Source: the human T2T-CHM13v2.0 reference genome, Homo sapiens
Assembly (NCBI RefSeq): GCF_009914755.1
Contig: NC_060925.1
Strand: one strand, 5' to 3'
Length of the DNA: 64,000 bases
Position 1 is the first letter of the stretch; each line of letters starts with the position of its first letter. Below are positions 41,001-55,775 of this stretch, piece by piece. The translations under genes were made by a program, and so were the position numbers. Under the pieces are notes generated by a model. It was given only the letters and a program-made list of their open reading frames with translations. It ran no database searches and was not told the origin of the DNA.

Positions 41001-44000
41001 AACTATGGCCTACAACTGTCATTAAGCCTTATAACAATAACAAGATAACAAAAGATCGGGTGGAGAAGAGGCTAGCTGGTAACATATGTTGATCAAGTTC
41101 AATATTTTCAGCTAGTACACAATAATTTTAAACTTAAAAATTTTAATAATGAAGTACCTTCATACCTACTTCTTATCCTAAAGTGTATTTCAGGCTTAAA
41201 TTTTAAATATTAATAAGTAACCTGACAATACTTCCTTTAAATCGTTTATCTATTAATAATGTGAAAGGGGGAAGGAAAAATAGAAATCACACCAAAGAGA
41301 AAGGTGAGATGGCAATTCATGGATAATTATTCATTTTATAACCCACTCAACTTAGCCTTATTTTGCTAAAAAAAAATTAGAAAAATTCCCCTAAAAGTCA
41401 TTTTAAAGCAATATACAGTTATAATAAACAAAATTATTTCAAAGTAACATATTTTATGAGTTAATAATGAGTTTATGCCAATTTTGCAAGACTTTATTTT
41501 CTACCGAGTAACATTTTAAATGCTACTCTTGTTGTTTCCATTATTTGTTTCACTTCACAGTTAACTAACTTTAACTTCTTTTCAAACTAAAGATAAATTT
41601 GAAATGCAAAACTTTGAACTAGAAGAGAGATTTTCATGTCATGTTATATTTATGTTTTTTCTCCCGACTTCAGGAGAATTGCTTCTAATTCATCAGCCTA
41701 TGTTAGGTAACCTTGAAAAAATAATTTCTCCACTCTATTTCTCTCAAAGATTCAGAACTCTTTATAGAACTAAATTCCAGTTTCACTTTTGACAAATGTT
41801 TACAGCTTAATAAAGAGTAAGCTTTTGGGAAACCAGATTTATTTCTTTCAATCAGAATCATTTATCATTATTTAATTTCTATAGATTGCTGCATAACATC
41901 AGACCTTCCAGGTCTGGCTTGAATCATTTATATAGTTAGAATGTAAATTTCACTGCCATAAAAATAGATATAAAAACCTCACCTCTAAGAACTCATTAAA
42001 GTAAAAATCTGTTCACCCTTCAACAGAAAAATAAGGTCATTTGTACAGGGGTTTTCAAATACAATTTTATTATCTAAAATGTACGCAAAAATATTCTTTT
42101 CAATGGGAGTCTGCTAGATGAAATATTCCAGCAAATACTTCAACTATAAAGCAAAGTTCATAAAATATCACTATGTTTTTCCAAATTAGTTTCCCTGTTT
42201 GCATTAAAATTTTAAAATTTTAGCAGTAGAGAATATAAAATAAGCATGCAGGTAAAATAAGAATGTGATTATGTTTTGCCTTGAGCTTCCTAAACTGCGC
42301 CTGCTAAAGAAATAAAAATCTAGTCTACATAAGATAGATAGATACAAAGATATGTTTATGATGATGATTTTAGATTTACTTTTATACATTTTTCCACGTT
42401 TGCCCCTTATAATGTTTCATTCTGATTCATCTTTTTTAGTCATAAGAATATACCAATAGTATATTGGTATAGTGGTTATACCACTATAGTGGTTGTATGT
42501 ACAAAGAAGCCGATAGGAAATAATTGCTATTTTAGCATTACTGAAATATATAACTAATAAAATTTTTGGAATATGAAACCAAGTAAACAGCCATAATATA
42601 ATTATAATTATCTTACATTTACCCATCATCTCTACAAAATTTATAAATTTTTATTTAATTAAACATTAAGAAATCAATTTGTTTTAGAAATACGAGTTTA
42701 TATATAATATTCACAGGGTTAGAAAAAGGAGTTTATATATAACATTTATAGGGAATTTACTATTACATATCAAAAATTGGTTCAAGACATTTCATTCTTT
42801 ACATTTGAAAAAACAATAGTTGATATAGAATGCAATGAAATTATTTTCTGTCTCATGTAATTGACTGGTAGTTAAAAATGACAGAATCAAGCCCAAACAA
42901 CCAAAAAATATCCAATTTTTAGAAATCCACGATCATTTAAATATTTATTTTCAGAGTATTAGAATTTAATAAATTATTTCTGAATAATTTATATCTTCTT
43001 TATGATGATGCAAGAAGCAAAATTATAGAATACTCAATGTGTCTCAATTTCAAATAATGAAAAACTAATCATTCCTACCAAATACCTTTTAAATAATACA
43101 AAATTTTTTAAATTATGAATGTATAAAAAAATTGTTTACTAATAAAACAGGCATTCTTCCTAAACTATGCAGACCTTAACTCCTACCTGCATCCTTTTTT
43201 TATTCAATAATGACCCATCCTTTTTATATTCAATAATGACCCATTAGTCATTATTAAATATAAAAACAAAACTGTATATAGTACTGAGTAGACTGGATTT
43301 AATGTCAGCTAAGTAGCTGGCTGCCTGCCATTCATTCCTATGAAGATGCAGCTGAAGGGTAAAATTTAAAATTCTCTGCTGTTTTTGTATAATACATAAT
43401 TTTTACTACTATTCATTCTTACAGTTATACTTTAAACTGTTTCCAGATAATTTCTACCAAGATTTGATTAATTAATGGAATTTTTATTATTGTTATAATT
43501 TAAAATAATCATGTAACATATGCACTTTTCTAAAAGCATTTCTTAATGCATTTTCATTATTTATCATGGAAGCACATACTAGGTTGTCAGTATATACTGA
43601 AATTTAATTTCACCTCCTACAGAAATGAGGGACAGAGGAGAGAACAAACAAGTCAGGTACTATCATGAACAGTCAAGGACCTATTAAATCTTCATGCTAC
43701 CTAACCCCTCTGCTAAGTTACATCATTTCATTCAAACTTTGTTGAATTCCTACGATATGTGTCATAACACCAGTTTGAAATCTTTCCAAATTTAAGGTGA
43801 AACACCACTCTTAAATCCATCCTTCTTAAATTACCTTGCCTATTATTTTTCCAAGAAAATTAAGATAAGTTATCATGAGTTTATTCAACTTCCTCTGACT
43901 TGTCACTCATTCAACTAGCCGTTCAAAAACACTTATTCATATCTTATGTTCCAGCCACTCTACTAGATGTGGAGATTGAAAAATGAGAAAGTTCTGCCCC

Positions 44001-44782
44001 TTTTCCTTCAAGAAACATACATACAGCCTAGGAGAGACAGAGACATGCAAAAAAAAAAAAAATGAAAATATAGTTAAAATTAGAGGTACATATAAGAAGC
44101 TACGGAAGTACAGACAGGTTGCCTTGGAGGCTCAGGAAAGCCTTCAAAGAAGGATTAATTTTCAAACTGAGTTTTAATTAACAGAACTGGACCACACAAA
44201 AGAAGAAACAGAATGGAAAAGTAAAAACAGAAATTCCACAAAAAAAAAAAAAAAGGAAAAGAAACAAAACCTAAGAAGACAGGGATAGTGTGTGAAGGAA
44301 GTCTGACCATGCCCTCTCATTTGCTGAATATCTTCCACAGTGCTTCAGACAGACCTTAACTCCTACAATGAATCCTGTGAACTATCATGTCACTGATAGC
44401 AGGGGATTTTTTTTTATGGCAAAACCCATATAACTGACAGGGTTAGGATTCAAACTCATGTCTATATTACCAAAAATTTATGTAAATCTTCAATTAAATA
44501 AAAGAAACAACATTCCAACATCTCTATCACTCTACTACAACTTCAAATCATGAATTAATTTCATCATTCTGTCTTTCTGCTACAATAGGGTATCACACTC
44601 AATTATCTGAACTATATGGCAGTGTCCTCCACTCTCACCCTAAAAAGAGGACCAACTAAAGGACAAAACTCAGTGATCAAAAAATAAGGCTTAAAGATCA
44701 CCTTCTATGTACTCCTCCTAAACACCAGCATTTCCTCATGAATCTCAGTCTTGCACTCCAATTAGAAGTAGAGCCAGAACAC

Positions 44783-47700
44783 AAATTGGATAGTCAAGAC
44801 CCACTGGTGTGCTATATTCAGGAGACCCATCTCACATGCAAAGATACATATAGGATCAAAATAAAGGGATGGAGGAAAATTTACCAAGCAAATGGAAAGA
44901 AAAAAAAGCAGGGATTGTAGTCCTAGTCTCTGACAAAATAGACTTTAAACCAACAAAGATCAAAAAAGACAAAGAAGGGCATTACATAATGGTAAAGGGA
45001 ACAATTCAACAAGAAGAGTTAACTATTCTAAATATATATGCACCCAATATAGGAGCACCCAGATTCATACAACAAGTTCTTAGAGACCTACAAAGAGACT
45101 TAGACTCCCACACAATAATAGTGGGAGACTTTAATACCCCACTGTCAGTATTAGACAGATCAACAAGACAGAAAATTAACAAGGATGTTCAGGATGTGAA
45201 CTCAGCTCTGGATCAAGTGGACCTGGTAGATGTCTACAGAACTGTCTACCCCAAATCAACAGAATATACATTCTTCTCAGTGCCACATCACACTTATTCT
45301 AAAATTGACCACATAATTGGAAGTAAAACATTCCTCAGCAAATGCAAAAGAACAGAAATCAAAACAGTCTCTCAGACCACAGTGCAATCAAATTAGAACT
45401 CAAGATTAAGACATTCACTCGAAACCCCACAATTACATGGAAATTGAACAACCTGCTCCTGAATGACTCCTGGGTACATAATGAATCAGGCAGAAATCAA
45501 GAAGTTCTTTGAAACCAATGAGAACAAAGAGACAACATACCAGAATCTCTGGTACATAGCGAAAGCAGTGTTAAGAGGAAAATTTATAGCACTAAATGGC
45601 CACATCAGAAAGCTAGAAAGATCTCAAATTGATGCCCTAACATCACAATTAAAAGAGCTAGAGAAGCAAGATCAAACTAATCCAAAAGCTAGCAGAAGAC
45701 AAGAAATAACTAAGATCAGAGAAGAATTGAAGGAGATAGACACATGAAAAACTCACCAAAAAAAAAATCAATGAACCCAGAAGCTGTTTTTTTCTTTAAA
45801 TTAACAAAACAGACCATTAGCTAGACTAATAAAGAAGGGAGAAGAATCATACAGACACAATGAAAAATGATAATGGGGATATCACCACTGATCCCACAGA
45901 AATACAAACTACCATCAGAGAATAATATAAACACCTCTATGCAAATAAACTAGAAAATCTAGAAGAAATGGATAAATTCCTGGACACATACACACTCCCA
46001 GGACTAAACCACGAAGAAGTCGAATCCCTGAATACACCAATAACAAGTTCTGAAATTGAGGCAGTAATTAATAGCCTACCAACCAAAAAAAGCCCAGGAC
46101 CAGATGGATTCACAGCTGAATTCTACCAGAAATACAAAGAGGAGCTGGTACCATTCCTTCTGAAACTATTTCAAATAACTGAAAAGGAGGGACACCTCCC
46201 TAACTCATTTAATGAAGCCAGCATAATCCTGATACCAAAATCAGGAAGAGACACACAAAAAAAGGGAAAACTTCAGGCCAATATCCCCAATGAACACCAA
46301 TGCGAAAAATCCTCAAAAAATACTGGCAAATCGAATCCAGCAGCACATCATAAAACATCCACCATGATCAAGTGAGCTTCATCCCTGGGATGCAAGGCTG
46401 GTTCAACATATGCAAATCAATAAATGTAATCCATCACATAAATGGAGCCAAAAACAAAAACCACACGATTATTTCAATAGATGCAGAAAAGGCCTTTGAT
46501 AAAATTTGACATCCCTTCAGGTTAAAAACTCTCAATAAAATAAATATTGATGAAACATATTCCAAAATAATAAGAGTTATTTATGACAAACCCACAGCTA
46601 ATATCACTGAATGGGCAAAAGCTGGAAACATTCCCTTTGAAAACTGGTACAAGACAAGGATGCCCTCTCTCACTACTCCTATTCAACACAGTATTGGATG
46701 TTCTGGCCAGGGCAATCAGGCAAGACAAAGAAATAAAGGGAACTCAAATAGGAAGAGAGGAAGTCAAACTACTGTGTCTGTTTACAGACAACATGATTTT
46801 ATATTTAGAAAACCCCATCATCTCAGCCTAAAAACTCCTTAAACTGATAAGCAACTTCAGCAAAGTCTCAGGATACAAAATCAATGTGCAAATATCACAA
46901 AGTATTCCTTTACAAACTACCATCAGAGAATAATATAAACACCTCTATGCAAATAAACTAGAAATAACCAAGCAGAGAACCAAATAAATCATGAATGAAC
47001 TCCCATTCACAATCACTACAAAGAGAATAAAATACTCAGGAATACAGCTAACAAGGGACGTGAAGGACCTCTTCAAGGAGAACTACAAACCACTGCTCAA
47101 GGAAATAAGAGAGGACACAAACAAACGGAAAAGCATTCCATCCTCATGAATAGGAAGAATCAATATCATGAAGATGGCCATACTGTCCAAAGTAATTTAT
47201 AGATTCAATGTTATTTCCATCAAACTACCATTAAATTCTTCATAGAATTAGAAAAAAACTATTTTAAATTTCATACGGAATCAAAGGAGACTCCATAGAG
47301 CCAAGTAAAAAGTAAAACCCTAAGTAAAAAGAACAAAGTTGGAGGCATCACGCTACCTGACTTCAGACTGTATTACAAGGCTACAGTAACCAAAACAGCA
47401 TGGTACTGGTACCAAAACAAACATATAGACCAATGGAACAGAAAAGAGACCTCAGAAATAACACCACACACCTACAACCATCTGATCTTTGGCAAACCTG
47501 ACAAAAACAAGCAATGGGGAAAGGATCTCCTATTCAGGAGCTAGGAAAACTGGCTAGCCATATGCAGAAAACTGAAACTGGACCACTGCCTTACACCTTA
47601 TACAAAAATTAACTCAAGATGGATTAAAGATTTAAATGTAAAACCAAAAACCATAAAAACTCTAGAAGAAAACCTAGGCAATATCATTCAGGACACAGAC

Positions 47701-48750
47701 ATGGGCAAAGACTTCATGACAAAAACAACTTCAACAAAAGCCAAAATTGATAAATGAGATGTAATTAAACTAACAGAAAAAGAAACTATCATCAGAATGA
47801 ACAGGCAACCTACAGAATGGGAGAAAATTTTTGCAATCCACCTATCTGGCAAACGTCTAATATCCAGAATTTACAAGGAACTTAAACAAATTTACAAGAA
47901 AAAACAACCCCATCAAAAAGTAGGCAAAGGATATCAACAGACACTACTCAAAAGAAGACATTTATGCAGCCAACAAACGAGAAAAAGCTTAACATCACTG
48001 ATCACCACAGAAATGCAAATCAAAACCACAATGGGATACCATCTCACGACAGTCAGCATGGTAATTATTAAAAAGTCAGGAAACAATAGATGCTGGCGAG
48101 GCTGTGGAGAAACAGGAATGCTTTGTTGGTGGGAATGTAAATTAGTTCAACCATTGTAGAAGACAGTGTGGTGATTCCTCAAGGATCTAGAACCAGAAAT
48201 AACCATTTGACCCAGCAATCCCACTACTAAGCATATACCCAAAGGAATATAAATCATTCTACTATAAAGACACACGTACACATTTGTTTGTTGCAGCACT
48301 ATTTACAATAGCAAAGACATGGAACCAACCCAAATGCCCATCAATGATAGACTGGATAAAGAAAATGTGGTACATATACACCATGGAATACTATACTGCC
48401 ATACAAAGGAATGAGATAATGTCCTTTGCAGGGACATGGATGAAGCTGGAAGCCATCTTCCTCAGCAAACTAACACAGGAACAGAAAACCAAACACCGTA
48501 TTTTCTCACTTATAAGTGGGAGTTGAACAATGAGAATACATGGATACAGAAAGGGGGACAACACACACCAGGGCCCATTCGGGGGCCAGGGGTGAGGGGA
48601 AGGAACTTAGCGGACAGGTGAATAGATGCAGCAAACCACCCTGGCACATGTATGCCTATGTAACAAACCTGCAGGTTCTGTACTTGTATCCCCCCCTTCC
48701 CCGGCTTTTTTTTTTTAAGAAAGAAGATAGAAGAAGAAAGAAGAAAGAAA
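44783..48750 (+). mobile_element. 5'-truncated L1PA (L1PA8A-like)
   Basis: Degraded ORF2 from the EN domain to the 3'UTR; 3' end with aggaacttag..tgtatccc..tttttttaagaaag; TSD core agccagaaca at 44772-44781 and 48760-48769. Confidence 0.88.
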
Positions 48751-50134
48751 AAGGAGAAAAGCCAGAACAGCTCACATCTGATTCCCAGTCCAATCTTCCT
48801 TCTCCTAACAGACTTCTGGAGGGCAAGAACCACATCGTCTTCTTTACAGCTTTATTGTGCCAGACAAGCACCTTTCAAAGTACTCTACGAGTAATTTTAA
48901 ATTCTTAAGACAACTAGAGCTACATGCTAATTGCCTAGGCTATGTTCATTTGTTTAAAATTTGGTAAAATTTTTCATCTCTAATTTAAGAGTAACAATCA
49001 AAAATATAACTTAAAATACCTTAAAAATATAGCATTACTTTTATAATTCTTACAATTTTTCTACATATCTATTCACTCTGTTTATTATACACAGTATAAC
49101 TAAAAACACCACCAAAAATATTGATGCTTGTGAGACCGTATGTCTATATTTCATAAAGACCTTTGCTCTTGTGTTAGTATGAAATGTTTCCCTATCTCTG
49201 GAGTCTATCAATAAAGTAGATTATAAAGCCTCATAAATTAAAGACACTGTTCTGACTAACTTCTAGAGAGAAATGTACACAAACAGAATATTCCCAAAAC
49301 ATCTATAAAATAGGAAGTTGAACTTCTAATATTTCAAATGAGCTAGACTTTCAAAATAATTATTAGAGGATTCAAATTCACATTATTAAGGTAAATCTTT
49401 AGAAAACTCAAGTTTTATAACTTTGGCTTAATAAAAATAGCCATGTCTTCTCTGATTTAATAATGTTAAGGACAGAGCAAGTACACATTTTATTCTACTT
49501 GGGTATGTTTTTTCCAAATGTATACAAGTTATTGAACTAATAAGCAACTATGACACGTTAAGGTTATATAACATGTAAATTTCTATTTAACCAAACTTAA
49601 TCACTATTCTGGAAAACTTTATGTCAGCAGTGATTATATTATGTAGTACATCTACTTGAATATAATTTCCAAAATCTTTAGGTAACCAAAATGTGGAATT
49701 GATATTAAATTGACTTAATCAATGGATAATTCCTCAGAATGCTAAAACATTAATTACTAAGCACAATTTGTCTATATACTTTTTCTTCTTATTTTTGTAT
49801 GCCATCAAAAGGCAATTGAGTTATGTTAACAAATGTGTTCACTTTTCCTATTTTACTAAAACATAAAAGAGATATGGGCAGCTCTGGCAGTCTGTTAAAA
49901 TGCTTGTGTATGACTGAAAGTTCTCAATCATCTACCCCTCAAGTGTTGTTGTTGTTGTTGTTTTCCTGTAAGACATTAGTTACTTAGATTAAAAGTTGTA
50001 ATTATAATACTATGAGTGTTTAAGACTAAACTAGGGGCAACAGTGTCAAAGAAACAACTGAGTATATACTTTTGTTTTTTAAAGAGAAAGAATTATTTTG
50101 CCCTAAATCAGCAGTTCACTTCAGCTTTGCTTTT

Positions 50135-50437
<303 letters not shown>

Positions 50438-51120
50438 CACTTCAGCTTTGCTTTTACAAAAAAAAGAAAAAAGAAAGAAAGAACAAAAAAAAAACACCTC
50501 TATACTCCTTTTCTTTATTGGGACTTATTAGGGACCCTGGAGAGCTGTTGTTCATGTATAACTATTGAAATGTATTATATTAGAAATTAAACTTGAAACA
50601 TTTTTTAAGAGGTATGGATCCATATAATAGCAATCATGAATCTGTTGGATGTTAACACAAATACCATAAATGATTATGGTATTACTTTTCATCATCATCA
50701 TTTTGACTTTGCAGACCTCTGAGATGTCTTAAAGTGTTTGGTCTTGAACATGAGCACACAAGGGAATAAAATGTGATTTTTGTCTTGTTTGATAATATCT
50801 GATTCTAAAAAGAAGCTACAAAAATTGTTAAAATAAACTTCAATCAATTTTGATGGGTTTGCTTCCCTGGCTTACTGATTAATTTTTTTGCCTACAATAA
50901 CAAAGTTATTCCTACCTCTGGCAATTCTCAAATTTGAATATTCACACTTTTTTATTTTCTTAGGTTGCAAACATTCTCCATTCTTTTCAAATCTCTGATG
51001 CCTCCTCTCTTCACTCACATAGAAAATTGTTCAACATTTCTTGAAATGATAAAAATCAAACTCATCCTCTCTTCTTTAGTTTTCTCCATCTCTCTCCAGT
51101 CCCTCAAAAATAAACTTTTT

Positions 51121-51430
51121 GGTCAGACTCATGCCTGTAATCCCAGGACTCTGGGAGACCAAGGTGGAAAAAATCACTTGAACCCAGGAGTTCACGACCA
51201 GCCTGGGCAATAGGGTGAGACCCCATCTCTACAAAAAATAAAAAACATTAGCCAGAAGTGGTGGTACATGCCTGTAGTCCTAGCCACTTTGGTGGCTGGG
51301 GTGGGAGGATTGCTTGAGGTTGAGATGGGAGGATCGCTTCAGTCTGGGAGCCAGTCATGAGGGCACTACTGCACTCCAGCCTGTGCAACAGGTTAAGAAA
51401 CTGCCTCAATCAATCAATAAAAAATAAAAA
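51121..51430 (+). mobile_element. AluJ
   Basis: Diverged Alu with a duplicated gaggattgctt/gaggatcgctt segment. Confidence 0.88.
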
Positions 51431-53430
51431 TTGTTTTCATGCAATCTCTTTTTTCCCTCACACTTATACTCTTTTCCATTCCTAATGTAACTGACTATTT
51501 CAGATCCTTCTTACTTTTCACTGAACTACTAAAATAACTACCAAACTAATTTCCTCGCCTCTAGTTTCTACCAAAACCAATCCATACTGAAATCTCTCCC
51601 ACTTGAAGGACCAACTCTTTAGCAAGGCAAACTGTGCCAAAACCTAGCTCATTTACTTTTATAGTTTTATCTCCCAATACTCTCCTGTACAAAACCCTCC
51701 ACTGTATCAAAAAAAGAAAAAATATATAATCAAAGCTCCTGAAATGCCATGTCAGTTGTCCCACTGGTTCCTCAATTGCCAAAAGAAGGAAAACATACTG
51801 CGAGAAGCGTATAATAAACCAGTGCCTACGGGTACTAACAACTCCATGTTATGAAAAATGGATTGATATTATTTCTTTGGACTAAATTACATATTGCTTT
51901 TAAATTCTAAAGATACCAAGAGAAAAATTATTACAATAATCTTTTTTAAGGGAGCTAAAATAAGTGAGGTAAGTTTGAGACAACATTCCAAGCAGAAAAA
52001 AAAAAATAAAGCTAAAAATTTAAGAGTAAACGCTTTTGAGTCAGACAAACATGTCTTCAAATCTTAGCTCTGCCTCTTACAAGCACTGTGACCTCAGGTA
52101 AGTTTCTTACTTAAGACTCAGTTCAGGTATAATACTATCTCCTATTAGCCCTGGGAGGATTTAAAAATAAAATGAAGTATGCACATAAAGCACCTAGTAT
52201 AGTGCCCAGCGCATGGTAAGAGTGAAACAAAGAGCTTTTTAAGATTATAATTACTGAGGTAGCCGCACATCCAGAGAAAAGGCTAGTTAAGGAGAATGCA
52301 GTTGGTAGAGAAAAGCAGTAAAAGGGAAAAGGGTTAAGAAATATACACAGAGTACTTGTCTCTTCTGTACAATTCAATAAATTCCCTAAAAAGTATATAG
52401 CAAAACAATTATTCAAGGCCCTTGACTAGATTCCCATGTAAAGCTTGATTTCTTTAGATGTAAAATGACATAGATACACAAAATGGTATCTAAAGTTCCT
52501 TTCAGCTCTAACCTTCAAGAAGGCTATAAGAATTGTTGTAAACTAGAATCCTAAGAGTTATGAATGTTCACCACCATTACATGGTTAAGCGCTTCTGTAT
52601 TTCACTAAGCATATGAGGGCTTATTGATGTCCCAGTGATCTCACAATTTCAGAAACAGAACAACAATTAAGCCCCAAATGAAAAAAATCCAAGCTGGACC
52701 TGACAAGTACATTATCACTCTCATGTGAACCCAAAGTTAGCAGTCTTCAGAACCCCTAAAAATGCTCAGAGGCAGTTTATAAAGTAAAAGGTAGAAATTT
52801 AAAAAAAAAAAAAAAGACCTGAACAGGAATAGGAGGTTTGTAATTGGTTGAACAGACAAGACAGAATTGAGAAGACTAAAATATATATATATATATATTG
52901 GAATGGTAAAATGAGTGAGCAAGGCTCTAGTCTAACTACAAGCTATTTGAGAACAAACGCAAACTTCTTATTCCCAAGTCATGTCTTCACTGTAGGGAGT
53001 TCTTTTACATACTTAAGATATTTATAAATCTAAAAAGCTAAAATCAAATTATAATTCTATACCCTCTTTTTATGTGAAACCATGGTCAAAGGTTGTACTA
53101 GACGTAATTAATATTTATCACGCCCATTTATCAGACTTTTTGAGTGTAATTTCTAAGTCTTTCAGATTGACTTTCACATCTAAAAAAGTATTCTTTCATG
53201 TTTATTCAAAATCACATGTCTGTAGGCTTATTTCTGAATGAACTGCTTTAAACACATACTTTTATCAGCTTTCATGTTTGCAAATGGTGAGAACTCCATC
53301 TGTGGACTTAAATTATAGCTAAGTTTGTGTATTCTGAATTTAACAGTGACAAGACTGTCTTATCCCATTTATTTGAAGACATAAGAAAGGAACCTGCTCA
53401 TCAGGCATCCAGCAAAAAGTACTTATTTCT

Positions 53431-54730
53431 ATCAAAACTTAAATTTGTATAATATAAAACCTGGAATAATGCGTGAAGCTAGTAGGACAAAACATAGGAT
53501 AAACACTTCAGGATGTTGCGTTGGGCAAAGATTTCATAAAGAAAACCTTAAAAGCACAGGCAACAGAAGCAGAAATAGACAAATGAGATTATATCAAACT
53601 AAAAAGCTTCGGCACAGCCAAAGGAACAACCAACAGACTGAAGAGACAACCAACAGAATGGGAGAATGTATACGTAAACTAATCATCTGACAAATTATTA
53701 AGATCCAGAATATACAAGGAACTCAAACAACAGCAAAAACACAAACAATACAATTTTAAAATGGGCAAATGAGCTGAATAGACATCTCTCAAGAAAAGAC
53801 ATAAAAATGGCCAACAGGCACATCAAACAATCTCAGCATCACTAATCATCAGGGAAATGCAAATCAAAACCACAAAGAGTTATCATCTCACCCCAGTTAC
53901 AATAGTTATCATCAAAGAGACAAAAACTAACAAATGCTGGCAAGGAGGCAGAGAAAGGGGAACTCCACACACTGTTGGTGGGAATGTAAATTAGCATAGC
54001 AATTATATAAAAAATAGTATGGAAGTTCCTCAAAAAACTAAAAACAGAACTATCATATGATCCAGCAATCCCACTACTGGGTATATATCCAAACGAAAGA
54101 AAATCAGTATACCAAAGAGATACATGTTTATTGCAACACAAGAGCCAAGATATGGAATCAACCTAAGTGTCCATAAACAAATGAATGGATTAAAAAATAT
54201 GGTATACATACAAAATGGAATACTATTCAGCTATAAAAAAAGAACAAAATCCTGTCATTCATGGCAACACAGATGGGCTTGGAGGATATTATGTTAAGTG
54301 AAATAAGTCAGGCACAGAAAGACAGATGTCTCATGTTCTCACTCATATTGGAAGCTTAAAAAATTGATCTCATAGAAGTAGAGTAGAATAGTGGTTACTA
54401 GAGGCTGAGAAGGGCAGGCAGGGGCTTGGGGCTGATAGCCAGAGGTTAGTTAATGGATCCAAAATGACAGCTAGATAGATAGGAGGAATGGTGTTCTAGT
54501 GTTCTATAACACTGTAGGGTGATTATAATTAACAAGAATTTATCACATATTTTCAAATAGCTAGAAGAGCAGATTTTGAATAATCCCAGTGAAAGAAATG
54601 ATAAAAGTTTGAGGTGATGGATATGCTGATTACCCTGATTTGATCATTACATATTGTATACATGTATCAAAATATCACATATATGTATAATATCTATATC
54701 ATTATCACCCATATATATGTGTAATTATAT
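53431..54730 (+). mobile_element. L1MA (about L1MA4-6) 3' fragment; its AT-rich tail was the target of the L1HS
   Basis: ORF2 C-terminal remnant plus L1MA 3'UTR (atagctagaagagcagattttgaat...gaggtgatggatatgctgattaccctgatttgatcattac). Confidence 0.8.
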
Positions 54731-54862
54731 GCATATATTTATATACATATATTATATACATATATATACATATATAATATAATACATATATTATATAATA
54801 TACATATATTATATACATATATAATATAATAATATAATATAATATAATATAATTATTATATT
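54690..54862. repeat. AT-rich low-complexity tract 5' of the L1HS
   Basis: (TA)-rich sequence with aatat repeats. Confidence 0.9.
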
Positions 54863-54869
54863 AAAATCA

Positions 54870-55775
54870 GAGGGAGGAGCCAAGATGGCCGAATAGGAAC
54901 AGCTCCGGTCTACAGCTCCCAGCGTGAGCGACGCAGAAGACGGGTGATTTCTGCATTTCCATCTGAGGTACCGGGTTCATCTCACTAGGGAGTGCCAGAC
55001 AGTGGGCGCAGGCCAGTGTGTGTGCGCACCGTGCGCGAGCCGAAGCAGGGCGAGGCATTGCCTCACCTGGGAAGCGCAAGGGGTCAGGGAGTTCCCTTTC
55101 CAAGTCAAAGAAAGGGGTGACGGCCGCACCCGGAAAATCAGGTCACTCCCACCCGAATATTGCGCTTTTCAGACCGGCTTAAGAAACGGCGCACCACGAG
55201 ACTATATCCCACACCTGGCTCAGAGGGTCCTACGCCCACGGAATCGCGCTGATTGCTAGCACAGCAGTCTGAGATCAAACTGCAAGGCGGCAACGAGGCT
55301 GGGGGAGGGGCGCCCGCCATTGCCCAGGCTTGCTTAGGTAAACAAAGCAGCCGGGAAGCTCGAACTGGGTGGAGCCCACCACAGCTCAAGGAGGCCTGCC
55401 TGCCTCTGTAGGCTCCACCTCTGGGGGCAGGGCACAGACAAACAAAAAGACAGCAGTAACCTCTGCAGACTTAAGTGTCCCTGTCTGACAGCTTTGAAGA
55501 GAGCAGTGGTTCTCCCAGCACGCAGCTGGAGATCTGAGAACGGGCAGACTGCCTCCTCAAGTGGGTCCCTGACCCCTGACCCCCGAGCAGCCTAACTGGG
55601 AGGCACCCCCCAGCAGGGGCACACTGACACCTCACACAGCAGGGTATTCCAACAGACCTGCAGCTGAGGGTCCTGTCTGTTAGAAGGAAAACTAACAACC
55701 AGAAAGGACATCTACACCGAAAACCCATCTGTACATCACCATCATCAAAGACCAAAAGTAGATAAAACCACAAAG
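54870..55775 (+). promoter_or_regulatory. L1HS 5'UTR: internal sense promoter (YY1 site CAAGATGGCC at 54881-54890) and antisense promoter; the only CpG-island-like stretch in the window
   Basis: Near-consensus L1HS 5'UTR with many CpGs retained. Confidence 0.85.
55138..55320 (-). pseudogene. L1 antisense ORF0, truncated to 60 aa
   Basis: MAGAPPPASLPPCSLISDCC...RNIRVGVT*; CGA>TGA (CpG decay) at 55138-55140 removes the C-terminus of the 71-aa ORF0. Confidence 0.85.

Noticed and set aside
48690-48760. Unusual C-run/T-run end of the L1PA as a 3' transduction
   Set aside because: As I recall, a T-rich terminus is part of the L1PA8A-type 3' end, followed by a decayed A-tail.
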